Shown: positions 50,423-59,597 of the stretch, in pieces
How positions within the stretch are numbered: the first letter of the stretch is position 1
How the letters are laid out: every line of letters begins with the position of its first letter
Assembly: GCA_047495785.1 (NCBI GenBank)
Contig: JBLDXI010000019.1
Span: forward strand, 3,224,001 to 3,288,000
Reading direction: 5' to 3'
From: Lepidodermella squamata
Lineage: Eukaryota > Animalia > Gastrotricha
Length of the DNA: 64,000 nucleotides
The notes under the pieces: generated by a model
What the model was told of the DNA's origin: nothing
What the model saw: only the letters and a program-made list of their open reading frames with translations
Databases searched by the model: none
Position numbers and translations under genes: made by a program

Positions 50423-50885
50423 TCAGAAGGAAACGCGTTTTGTGCTCCTCTTTTTTTTCGTTGGCATTTTTTGTTTGGCTACGTACCGACGACGACGACG
50501 CCGACCAGTTCCGATTTGCGAGCCTACTCTAGATATTACATCTTTTGCAACTCCCTTTAACCCTTCCACTGCACGTTGTTTCAAAATCGCTCTGGGATTG
50601 GCATCTTTGTTTTCAAGAAGATCCGTTGCAATGTTGGCTGTTGTATGACTCAAATTCCGAAATATCGGTCCAAGTAAGGGAATGATATGATTGCGAAAAA
50701 ACCCAGCAGCTACGCTCCCGAACCCGTTTCCTGTCTATACTAACACATTTTACACATTTTCACCGATTGTTACCGATTATTTTTACCTGGTATGAAGGAA
50801 AAACGATAGACTGTCCGCGAAATGGCTCTATCCCATATCCACTTTGTTGCAACAAAAAAGACTCGTAAGCATCGGCTGAATACAT
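50423..50885 (-). CDS. Core protein with Q-x-G-x-G repeats and an Arg/Lys tail (pVII/pX-like; intron 50735-50786; 136 aa)
   Basis: QSGYG, Q|TGNG (split by the intron) and QIGTG, followed by RRRRRR...KKKR. Confidence 0.8.
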
Positions 50886-50888
50886 GTT

Positions 50889-52561
50889 TTATTTAGCAAT
50901 AGGTCTAATCTGAACTAATATAACAGCCTTACCACTAACGAATTTTACAGGTAATCCAGAGTCTTTATATATTTGAATCTCAATAACAGACAAAACGCGA
51001 CGTTTAATTGGGACAAATATGGGTTTTTCAAAAGTTTTCGAAAAAAAGCTTCCTTTGTCTATCGTTTTTTCCGTCGGAATTACTCGCAACAGGGGTGTGC
51101 GGGTATTTCCGACATACACGTCATCAATTACGTCAGCGTACAAGAATAAGAAGGGCATTCCGTAATCAAGCTGGGGTGGAAATCTTGCGATCGCTTGATC
51201 GTCAACATGATGGATTGTGTAGAAATATTCTATTATCGATACAGGTTGCTCTTCGTGACTTGGCGGGTTTTGGTCATTTTGCGGACCAGATGGCTGAATT
51301 TCGACCGATGGGCTAGGAGCACTTGATGACCGCTCTTTCACCGCTGTGCCGCTCTGATCTGACTGATCCATCGATGACTCGTCTGGCTCACTTTCATGCT
51401 GGTCTAGATCAACATTATCGTCAGGATTCTGATGTGTTGTCTCGTCAGGTAACAAATCTTTCTTTGCTGGATCCGTCGCTTTGTCTGACTCATTCTTCAC
51501 AACTTCATCGTCACCAACCGCAGGGTCAGCCGGTTGATTATCATCTGGCTTCGCGGTCACTTGTTCATCTGGCTCAGCAGTCACTTGTTCATCTGGCTTC
51601 GCAGTCACTTGGTCTTCCGTTGACTCGCCAGGCTTCTTATTATCACCCGATGGAATTGGCGGAAGCTTTCGCTTTCGTTGCGGTGGGTTACTGTCATTCG
51701 ATACCTTTTTATCATTCGGATCTTGCCTATTCTCAGCTTCCGTCTCATCCTCTTTATCGACCTTTTTCACATCATCGTCAGCTGGGGGTGGCAACTCTGC
51801 ATCTTCATCGGATCTTCGAGATCTAACTTTACCGGGTACTCTTTCCGGTAAAAATAGCCCACCTTTGAATCTAACTTTGTTGAATTCATTCACATCTGCT
51901 GATATGGAACGGTATGGTATTCTCTGCCTACTTCCAGTAACGACATAGCCAAGCATTAGCCTGAACGCTGCGCCCATTTTAACCACGTCATTTGAAAACC
52001 CTTCGTCCTTCCTATCGAATTTGTGGAATGCAACAAAGGCACCAGGGTACCCTAAAACTTGCGCGAGTTCCTTAGGTATAAATATTCCCCATTTACCAAT
52101 GGCGACCTTCAGTGACACGCGATTTGTGATTTGCACGTACTCAAATGTAATATTCTTCGTTATGCTCTGAACTTCCTTCTCCATGTGAGTAAGCAATTCT
52201 TCTATGTTGGAGTAATATACTCCTCCGACCTGGCATTCATGCAGATTTTTCGTGTCAAATGGATCCGGAGCTTTGTATGCATCAGGTTGTTCCAACCATT
52301 CGCAATCAAAAACGTAAAAATTTGTCTGTTCTATCGACTCCCAAGCTGATGGACCGTTAAATTCCACGAGACCCATTTCCCATTGACCTAAATTTTTTTT
52401 TAGTGCGGGCTATAAGTGACTTTCATTTTTATCATACCCACTGTGCCAAGATCAATATCGTTGGCCAACTTGACGCGAAATGACGACGCTGTGTTGTCAG
52501 GAAACAGATCGTTGGATGCGTTCGATGGTAAGTAAAGTAAAAATTCTTGCCGCGCGCTCAT
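50889..52561 (-). CDS. Minor capsid (penton, single jelly-roll) with a long acidic insertion (intron 52388-52437; 540 aa)
   Basis: N-terminal FLLYLPSNAS..FPDNT..F-x-V-x-L...G|QWEMGLVEF and C-terminal LFLYADVI...VG...PLLR...F-x-P...IEIQI....G..V-x-F..G. Confidence 0.88.
51541..51612 (-). repeat. 3 x 24-bp coding tandem repeat, QVTA(K/E)PD(E/D), in the penton insertion
   Basis: TCATCTGGCT(TC/CA)GC(G/A)GTCACTTG(T/G) occurs three times in tandem. Confidence 0.85.
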
Positions 52562-52791
52562 GTCGTCGTGTTATTAGCAATGCGATGAAATAGCCGATCC
52601 CTCCAAGACCAGTAGATTTCAATAGAAAAATATGTGGCGCAGAGAGCTAACAGCGATATTATTCCGAGACCTTTTTTTCTCCTACTAACTGCAGCTGCTA
52701 GCCTACTGCTAACACTGCTGTGCGGCGAACTACTTTTACTTGCTCTTTCGTGTGATTCTTCAGGTGCCTGAGGAGACTCTGTTCCACACAT
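52558..52791 (-). CDS. 77-aa small single-pass membrane protein
   Basis: Ser-rich N-terminus, RRKK, then hydrophobic GLGIISLLALCATYFSIEIYW. Its start abuts the upstream stop (TAAATG) and its stop overlaps the penton ATG (ATGA). Confidence 0.6.
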   Translation of the reverse strand: MCGTESPQAPEESHERASKSSSPHSSVSSRLAAAVSRRKKGLGIISLLALCATYFSIEIYWSWRDRLFHRIANNTTT

Positions 52792-52872
52792 TTATCGGCG
52801 ATGCACGCGTTTGTTACCGCGTTTGCGTGCTGTGGATTTTCGTTTCCGGATAGCTCGTCTAGGACCAGGCAT
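52792..52872 (-). CDS. 26-aa protamine-like peptide (below the ORF-track cut-off)
   Basis: MPGPRRAIRKRKSTARKRGNKRVHRR* (13 of 26 residues R/K). The ATG overlaps the integrase stop (TAATG) and the ORF exactly fills the gap to the next gene. Confidence 0.6.
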   Translation of the reverse strand: MPGPRRAIRKRKSTARKRGNKRVHRR

Positions 52873-54119
52873 TACTTTCCCCTCTTTTTGGCCGATTTTC
52901 GCTCCTTTATATATTCATTTTGGACGTCTTTTATTTGGTCAATTGGCTCCCATGAACTTTGAGATTTGGGAAACCCAACCCAGCTAACTAAAACCCGCGT
53001 TGTTCCATCCTTGAATTTTCGCTTCTCTTTACTCACTTCATCTATCAGGTATTCATCCGGTAATTTGACTTTTTGAAGCTCATAGTGATAAAAAACGCCT
53101 GCAACAGGTTCGGTGTAGTCGCCGTTTTCTGTGCTCCATCCATTCAACTTGTATGTATGCGGCCCGTACCTGTCTGGCTTGATGGCTTTCGCTATTTTGA
53201 AATACTCATCCGTATAAGTAAAATGACGAGCGCGGGCAAAAACGCCTCTCTCTGCTGAGATCCGTACTACATCGTCTAATTTAAAAGCTGATGGCTGCCT
53301 GCGACCTTCTTCTATGTCCGCTCCGAAAACGTTATTGTAAGCTATATACTGCTTAGGGCTGTCCTCGAAAATATCGAGATTAAGCTCCTTGTCACTCCCG
53401 ATTTTACGCCCACTCTCCTTGTCATTGTACAACTCTGCGGGTGTGAACTTGGTAGATGAGTGACGGGAGTCATTGTAAACTCTAACGATGTTCTGCAAAT
53501 CATCGACGAATCTACCGTCGTTTCGCGCCATCGCAAGCTTAGCCAGTCGCATGCGCAGTAATTTGTTGAATGACTCTATTTGAGGAACTTTCTTTTCCGA
53601 ATTCGTAGCGAAAAAATGAATGGATTCTGATTTCAAATATCGCTCAACGTGTTGGTTGAAAAATTCTGAACCTCTATCGAACACAACAGCGTACGGTTTT
53701 TGCTTAGCGTCCTTCATAACTATTTTCAGAGCTCTAAGTGTTTCGGGACCGGTTTTATTTCGCATCGTTTGCACCCAGGCGAAACGACTGTATGTGTCCT
53801 TGGCTGTAAGTATATATTGCACGTTGTCGTTCTCGCCCTTTACATTTCTCACGTCCACCAAGTCCATAGCGAACAAACTTCTTCGACTAAAGCATGCCAC
53901 CTTCCGGGTTACTCGATTCCTCGTTCCGACCTGCTTATAAACGCTCCACGTACGTTGATTTCCCAACCAGTTCCTTACTTGCCGCATTGTGATCTTTCGA
54001 CCTGGATACTTGAACCTGTAGGCTTTGTAAAGAGCTGATACGCTACCGAGACCGCCTGGTTCACCCGGGTCGAAGTAAATTTTTCGCAAATCTCGGTCAT
54101 CTTGATCTAACGTTGGCAT
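52872..54119 (-). CDS. Retroviral-like (rve) DDE integrase with a C-terminal chromodomain
   Basis: IYFDP..PG, MDLVD, YILTAKDTYSRFAW, FDRGSEF, IESFNKLLR and YN...HSS..FTP, plus the chromodomain LVSWVGFP....SWEP. Probable start is MPTLDQ. Confidence 0.95.
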   Translation of the reverse strand: MPTLDQDDRDLRKIYFDPGEPGGLGSVSALYKAYRFKYPGRKITMRQVRNWLGNQRTWSVYKQVGTRNRVTRKVACFSRRSLFAMDLVDVRNVKGENDNVQYILTAKDTYSRFAWVQTMRNKTGPETLRALKIVMKDAKQKPYAVVFDRGSEFFNQHVERYLKSESIHFFATNSEKKVPQIESFNKLLRMRLAKLAMARNDGRFVDDLQNIVRVYNDSRHSSTKFTPAELYNDKESGRKIGSDKELNLDIFEDSPKQYIAYNNVFGADIEEGRRQPSAFKLDDVVRISAERGVFARARHFTYTDEYFKIAKAIKPDRYGPHTYKLNGWSTENGDYTEPVAGVFYHYELQKVKLPDEYLIDEVSKEKRKFKDGTTRVLVSWVGFPKSQSSWEPIDQIKDVQNEYIKERKSAKKRGK

Positions 54120-54174
54120 TTTCGTTGTATATTCCAACTCTAGCGTTTTGCGTTTTAAATAGTGACATTCTGTA

Positions 54175-55089
54175 ATGGAAAAGTATTCTTACATCCGAGC
54201 TATTGGCTCAGGTTCTTTCGGCACTGTCAGTTTACAGCGCAACATTCCCCTAAATCGAATGTTTGCAGTGAAAATGATAGATACTACGATCCCCTACAAA
54301 CTCGAGTCTGCCACTCGGGAAATTGAGTGCCTGCAAATACTAAAATCTGCGCCAAACGTTATTAGGTAGGCGACTGCTATTGTTTTGACCACCGAATTAC
54401 TTAAATCGTATAGACTGCATGAGGTTGTGTTCACCACTCGACGTGCATTTCTTGTGCTGGAATGTCACCTCATGGATATGAAATCCTTGATTGGAGTGAT
54501 AACTCGACCCTGGCCACTTGTTCTACTAACCCGATGGTTAAACCAGCTTTTGACTGCTCTTGCATATATTCACGCTTGTGGAATAATTCATCGCTACATT
54601 TGCCCGCAGGTTTGTCAGTTTTTGTCTTTCAGCCAAGTTTTCAACACCTAATTACAGAATGTACTCCTGCAAACCAGCTGGGTCGATGTATCCCTCGCTG
54701 ATTTCGGCATTTCGCGAACACTGCCCGACGACACCTGCCCAGATATGACCCCGGAAGTTACGGCGTTTCACTACCGAGCGATCGAAATAGTATTCCCTAA
54801 ACCTCGATATACGAATAAAATTGATGTTTGGTCCCTAGCTGCTACAACTATTGAACTTGTTACACTTGCACCGTTTTTCTCCGCTCAATCTACTGTCAAC
54901 ATATTCAATAACATAAAATCTAAAACTTCCAGTCTTGATGATTTCTTTAGGTGTTTGAACACATTCGTTCACTGCGATTTCACCGAGTACAGGCAATTGC
55001 TTGAGCTACTGTTCTCAATGCTCAATAACAATCCTGAATCTCGTCCATCAGCAGATCAATCTCTAATTCTGCTCAATGCAATCTTATGA
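54175..55089 (+). CDS. CDK/CMGC-like protein kinase with a degenerate catalytic loop (introns 54366-54413, 54610-54657; 272 aa)
   Basis: IGSGSFG, AVK, SATREI, HRYICPQ|N (HRDLKPQN expected), ADFG, TPEVT..HYRAIE, IDVWS and NPESRPSA. Confidence 0.85.
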
Positions 55090-55723
55090 TATCAACATTT
55101 CGGTTTCCAACATTGTCGCAACCTTCAACGTTGGAACTCCCATAGATCTACATCTCCTTGCTCAGCGTGGGGTTAATACGTTCTTCGATAGCAGGCAAAT
55201 ACCCGTATCAGTAAAGATCCGATTCCCCAGTCACATTTCAGCAATGGTTTACTCATCAGGCCATGTTATAGTCATTGGAGGAAAAGGGTCGAAGGACACT
55301 GCGGATTTTGAATGCAAAGCCTTGGTCATCTTACACAAGCTACGGAATTGGATGTCAATTCCTTCTCTAATCTTCGATCGGTTTAATATTAGAAACATTG
55401 TCATAACAGGACAGCTACCTTTTCGATTTTTGCAAATTTCAACACTGTATTCGGAATTTTCATCGGTGAAAATGCCAGGATTCAAAATTGTTTACATACC
55501 TGAAATGTTCTGCGCTATGAGACTTACCATCAATAATGTGAAAATTAGCTTTTTCCCAAGCTCTCATAAGTTTAATGTTGTCGGCGTTAAAACATTAGAT
55601 CATGGGCTGAATATTGTTCGTACTTTTGTCCAGCTCTGCATTGATATTCACGAAAAAGAGTTGACTGATTTGGGGTTAACCGAGCTAGATTTACTGTTCC
55701 TGAATTCCTGTTTCAATAATTAA
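55076..55723 (+). CDS. TATA-binding-protein (TBP)-like protein
   Basis: Two TBP half-repeats: SNIVATFNVG..IDL..LA...AMVYSSGHVIVIG and FNIRNIV...LPF...Y-x-PEMF...FNVVGVK. Confidence 0.82.
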   Translation: MQSYDINISVSNIVATFNVGTPIDLHLLAQRGVNTFFDSRQIPVSVKIRFPSHISAMVYSSGHVIVIGGKGSKDTADFECKALVILHKLRNWMSIPSLIFDRFNIRNIVITGQLPFRFLQISTLYSEFSSVKMPGFKIVYIPEMFCAMRLTINNVKISFFPSSHKFNVVGVKTLDHGLNIVRTFVQLCIDIHEKELTDLGLTELDLLFLNSCFNN

Positions 55724-55757
55724 AAATTTATTATTCTTAGACAAGATTTATTGAGTC

Positions 55758-56369
55758 ATGGCATTGTCCGCACCAGGTGTTGAGCTGACTGTTTTCAATA
55801 TAAATCCGCAACTGAACCTCGGAATCGATAATATGCCCAATGGACACTATCTTCGCAATCAGCAGGTGGAAAAATTACGAGCTGTGAAATCTCACTTTCT
55901 AAGGACAATGCACGGCTCTGTTGTTGTTGACATTGTATCTGGAAAATCCGGCGTTTGCGTCCTCCTACCTTACGTGCTCAAATCTAGCAGAGTTTTGGTG
56001 ATTACGCCTTCTCAAGACATTACACGACAACTAGCATGGGATTTTACCGGAAATTTGAAACCTGAAACAGCCTTCCTGTTTCGCGCAGGCGTTTACACCT
56101 TCTGGAAGACATGGCCGACCATCATACCTAAATGTTGCATTTTCGATCACTCTTACAATTTTAATCAGGATTTCAACCCACCACCTCTCTTCATCACCAA
56201 CAGCTTTGATTTGAACCTTATCCCTCTAAATCTTTTCGATTTAGTAACCGTTGTTAACGCACAAGATTTTCTACTTTCATCTTTGAAGCTCATCGCGGAA
56301 CGTTTTAAAAAGGTCAAAGTAGTGTTCCTTGCAGACCGTAAGATTGCCGATTTCAACGTTATTATGTAA
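55758..56369 (+). CDS. Degenerate SF2 (ResIII/XPB-type) helicase N-terminal RecA-like domain
   Basis: Q-motif LRNQQ, motif I remnant SGKSG, motif Ia RVLVITPS....QL and motif II remnant FDLVTVVNAQ (DExH lost). There is no HELICc domain. Confidence 0.6.
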   Translation: MALSAPGVELTVFNINPQLNLGIDNMPNGHYLRNQQVEKLRAVKSHFLRTMHGSVVVDIVSGKSGVCVLLPYVLKSSRVLVITPSQDITRQLAWDFTGNLKPETAFLFRAGVYTFWKTWPTIIPKCCIFDHSYNFNQDFNPPPLFITNSFDLNLIPLNLFDLVTVVNAQDFLLSSLKLIAERFKKVKVVFLADRKIADFNVIM

Positions 56370-56569
56370 CACTAGACTTGGGTGTCAGGTACTGGTTTCA
56401 GGTTCTTTTCTATTAATCCATGTTGTTAGCCCCATTAATGTCCATGTTCGATGATCCATTGATCAATAAAAATGAGATTCCTTAACGTGTTTTTTTGCTC
56501 GAGCGTCAAATAGGTGACTACCAGACATTCTAGATTTTTTGTTCTGAGATAGATTTCATAAAGTACCAT

Positions 56570-56654
56570 AAAGTACCAAAAATTTGAGTCCTAATTTATT
56601 ATTTAAAATTAACTTTTGACGTTGTTTCTTTTTAAGCTCCTCACACTTCCTCCT
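56570..56654 (-). repeat. Right terminal inverted repeat
   Basis: ...GTTGTTTCTTTTTAAGCTCCTCACACTTCCTCCT, followed by the TSD TATGTA. Confidence 0.95.
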
Positions 56655-56949
56655 TATGTATGAAAGCTGGCAGGCGCGTGAACTCTTCTTTGCTAAGCAG
56701 ACTCTCGTGTCATTAGCTATCTTTACAACATTTCGCATGCCAACTATGTTTAATTTGATATTCCTGATTTTTTACGAAGATCTCGGCCCGAAATTAATAA
56801 CAGCGGACGTTTTTCAAGCTTCAGCACTCGTCTACGCAATTGAGGCGAGTATCGAGCCAGCGGTTCGATGTTTGAAGCCGGGGTTCTTCGATAATCTTTG
56901 GAGGAAATTCAAGCAAGCGTTCAGATTGACAGCTCCAAGTCCGGCGTAA
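56655..56949 (+). pseudogene. 3' part (TM6-TM7) of the GPCR split by the Polinton
   Basis: Removing the element and one TSD gives GTT CGA AAT ATG TAT GAA AGC TGG CAG = VRNMYESWQARELFFAKQ, matching the paralogue TLRNMHNKWQARELFFAKQ. Confidence 0.92.
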
Positions 56950-57108
56950 AGGCTCCCCTATTACCCGTTAACACGAGAATCTGAAGGCTCATGACTAATG
57001 AATTGTCAACAATTCTTCACAGGCACTCATATATGTCTAACCGCTTGATGAAATGTCTTCGCTAACTGAAGCGAGCTTAGTTCTATATGAGATTCTATTG
57101 TGGCTTAA

Positions 57109-59471
57109 CCCTTTCACGGCGGGAATTTCGACTTTGAAAATTCGCAGAAACTTGAATTTCATGATTTCTTGATCGTCCTTTTGAGTAATATTTCTTTCCG
57201 ATGTTGGCTACAAGGTTCTGAGACCGTTATCTTGCATGGTCAACCTGAGATTAAAATTTCCATTTTCTCAACTTGAAATTTCATAGGTTCCTGATCCTTT
57301 TTTGATCCAACAAAAAATACCACAGTGTTCGCCATAGTGACCTCTTTGTTAATTGTTTCGAGTTGGAAAGTAAAAATGACGACACTATTGAAATTCAATA
57401 AAACCGGGCGAATTCGTTCTATCCGCCCAGACTTATACAGGCAGAGTGCGTGATTTTTGTGCCTGTCGCGAGGAAAAACTGGAAAAGCTAAATTCAGATC
57501 TATTGCTGAGGCTCTAAACTTTTTCAAACAAGTTTTTTGGTGATGTAAGTGAGGGGGAATCTTAGGGATATTCATGGCAGTAATTTAGAATATAAAATTC
57601 CACAGGTAAAGGCACCAGATACAGAAATTAGGGTGCTCAAAAAATCGCCTGAAATCCGCTGGGCGGATAGGGCATTTCGGCCTGTTTTTGTACAGCCTCA
57701 CAGGTGATAGATAAAGATAAGCGGATTTCATCAGCGCCTTTGAAAACCCCTAGAACTGCAGTCAAATTCTCCCGCAAATGAATAAGAGTTAAATGGTGAG
57801 CGCTGCGTAAACCTGAGTGAGCGTAGCAGAATTAGGAGAAGCGCAACGAGCGCTAGAAATCTGTGCGAGTGTAGCACCACCCGGTGTTATGTAGCAAATC
57901 TGAAGTACCGTAGCAAAAATCTGAGTGAACGTAGCAAGTCGAAAAAGTTATAATTACAGATTATTTAAAACATTTATTTTAATTATTCAAACAAAATTGA
58001 ATTGGGCAATTTCATGTTTTCAGATCATCCATCATCCCAACCTATGTTTTCAGATCATCGCAAAACATTTTTTTCGGATAGAGCTAGAAAAACTAAGGTA
58101 TTTTTTAGTAGGTATTTTTATATACTCTTGCGACTTTTGTTAACACTTGATTGTTAACACAATTAATTATTATGAATTTCTCGGAAAAGTAGGATCTTCA
58201 ACTGAGGTGGTGGGTGATTTCCATCTATCGCCAGCCTTCGCCCTCTTCAAAACCGTTTATCGGTATAGACTTTGACTAAATGAAAATATTACTATTATTA
58301 ATATTTATATACTCTTGCCACTTTTCATCCCACGCAGTCGCTCACCTGTAAAAAACAAAACGTGAATCATCGCCAAGTCATAGCTACCTGCCTCCTGGCC
58401 ACGCTTTACCGGTGTTATTTTTATTGTTGTTGGACCTTGATGTTACAAGACCTTATAAGACCTTACAAGACGCTTCTAGTCTTGCGGAGAAAAATCGCTA
58501 TGCGGAGATTTTGATACCCTTAACGACGATAAAACGAGGGATTTCGACTATTCTGCCTTAAAAAACTGCCGGACTTGGCAGGAGACAGTAGGCGGCGCAG
58601 GCGGCGGCAGGGCATTACAGCATTTTATAGCAGATGAGAGCAGCCTAAATTTTGCTATATAAAACCGTAAAGCGCGTTTTTACGTTAAGCAGCAGCATGA
58701 CGCCCGCCCCATGCGTAACCAGAACTGTGGGCGGCCCGCCTCCTCGCAGTGCCAGTCCCGCTCTTCCTCGCTTAAGATCTCCAGATCTCTCGAGTCTCCA
58801 GCGCGCACGCCGCGCACAATCGAATGACTATAACGATGGAAGAATAGTAAAAGTTTCTATTCCTCCATGGTAGACCATAAAATCGACGGATAGAGACAAT
58901 TCGCAACACGAAAAAACTAATTTTCTTATAATTTTCAAAAAATTTCCGGATAAGCCAACCGCGGCAGATGAATGGCAAAGTTGCCGTAAACCTGCAAAGA
59001 CAGCCCAAAATGCTAGAAAATTAATTATGAGACTGGCAAGATTTAGCTGGGCTCATTCGATAGACCGCGAAATCTAGTATTTATTTGAGAATGATTATTT
59101 CGTCTGTCTATTTTTTTTAATAATTAAATTTATAACGGGCGTTAGGTGGCACTATAGAAAGATCGTTTGCTTCCTATCTGTTACAGTGTTGTCTATATAA
59201 CAATATAACAATATAGCAACTTTTTACCAAATTCAGTTTGGATCAAATTGCTACGCTCACCCTTATTTTTGCGACCGTCGCACCGCCTGCCGCGTCATAG
59301 CACGCGTTTACGCAGCGGATTAGATGAATGCGCGACGGATTACGTATAAGTGCTACTAAACACGCGTTGCTGCTACACTGTTTTGATTTCTGCTACGTTC
59401 ACTCTGCAGCGCAACTCACTTTTCTGCTACGCTCGCTCAGCCACCCAATGAATAATTCCGCCATGAAAGGG
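57109..59471. mobile_element. Non-autonomous piggyBac-type DNA transposon (about 2.36 kb)
   Basis: TTAA|CCCTTTCACGGCGG...CCGCCATGAAAGGG|TTAA. Internal inverted clusters of (G)CGTAGCA/TGCTACG lie at about 57800-57940 and 59250-59440. No transposase ORF. Confidence 0.8.
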
Positions 59472-59597
59472 TTAAATGCAAAGCTTTACGTATAGCGCTG
59501 GATTACAGCTATCCTGTTGATAGTTCTATCCCCTTTTAAAACTCTGAGGTTAGCAAAAAAGCCAAACCTTTGGTATATTTTATTGAGATGCATTAGT

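Larger units (their letters stand above)
34719..56654. mobile_element. Polinton/Maverick (adintovirus-like endogenous virus), 21,936 bp, apparently intact
   Basis: TATGTA TSD at 34713-34718 and 56655-56660, 5'-AG...CT-3' termini and TIRs. Encodes pPolB, rve integrase, major capsid, penton, cysteine protease and A32-type ATPase. Confidence 0.97.

Noticed and set aside
34719-56654. Bacterial prophage or contaminating contig
   Set aside because: It has spliceosomal introns and eukaryotic cargo, and the TSD-flanked insertion interrupts a host exon precisely.
56556-56738. 60-aa minus-strand ORF
   Set aside because: It is a chance read-through of GPCR antisense sequence into the TIR.
57240-58873. 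ORFs inside the piggyBac-type element as a transposase
   Set aside because: They are short and lack DDD or Cys-rich piggyBac motifs.
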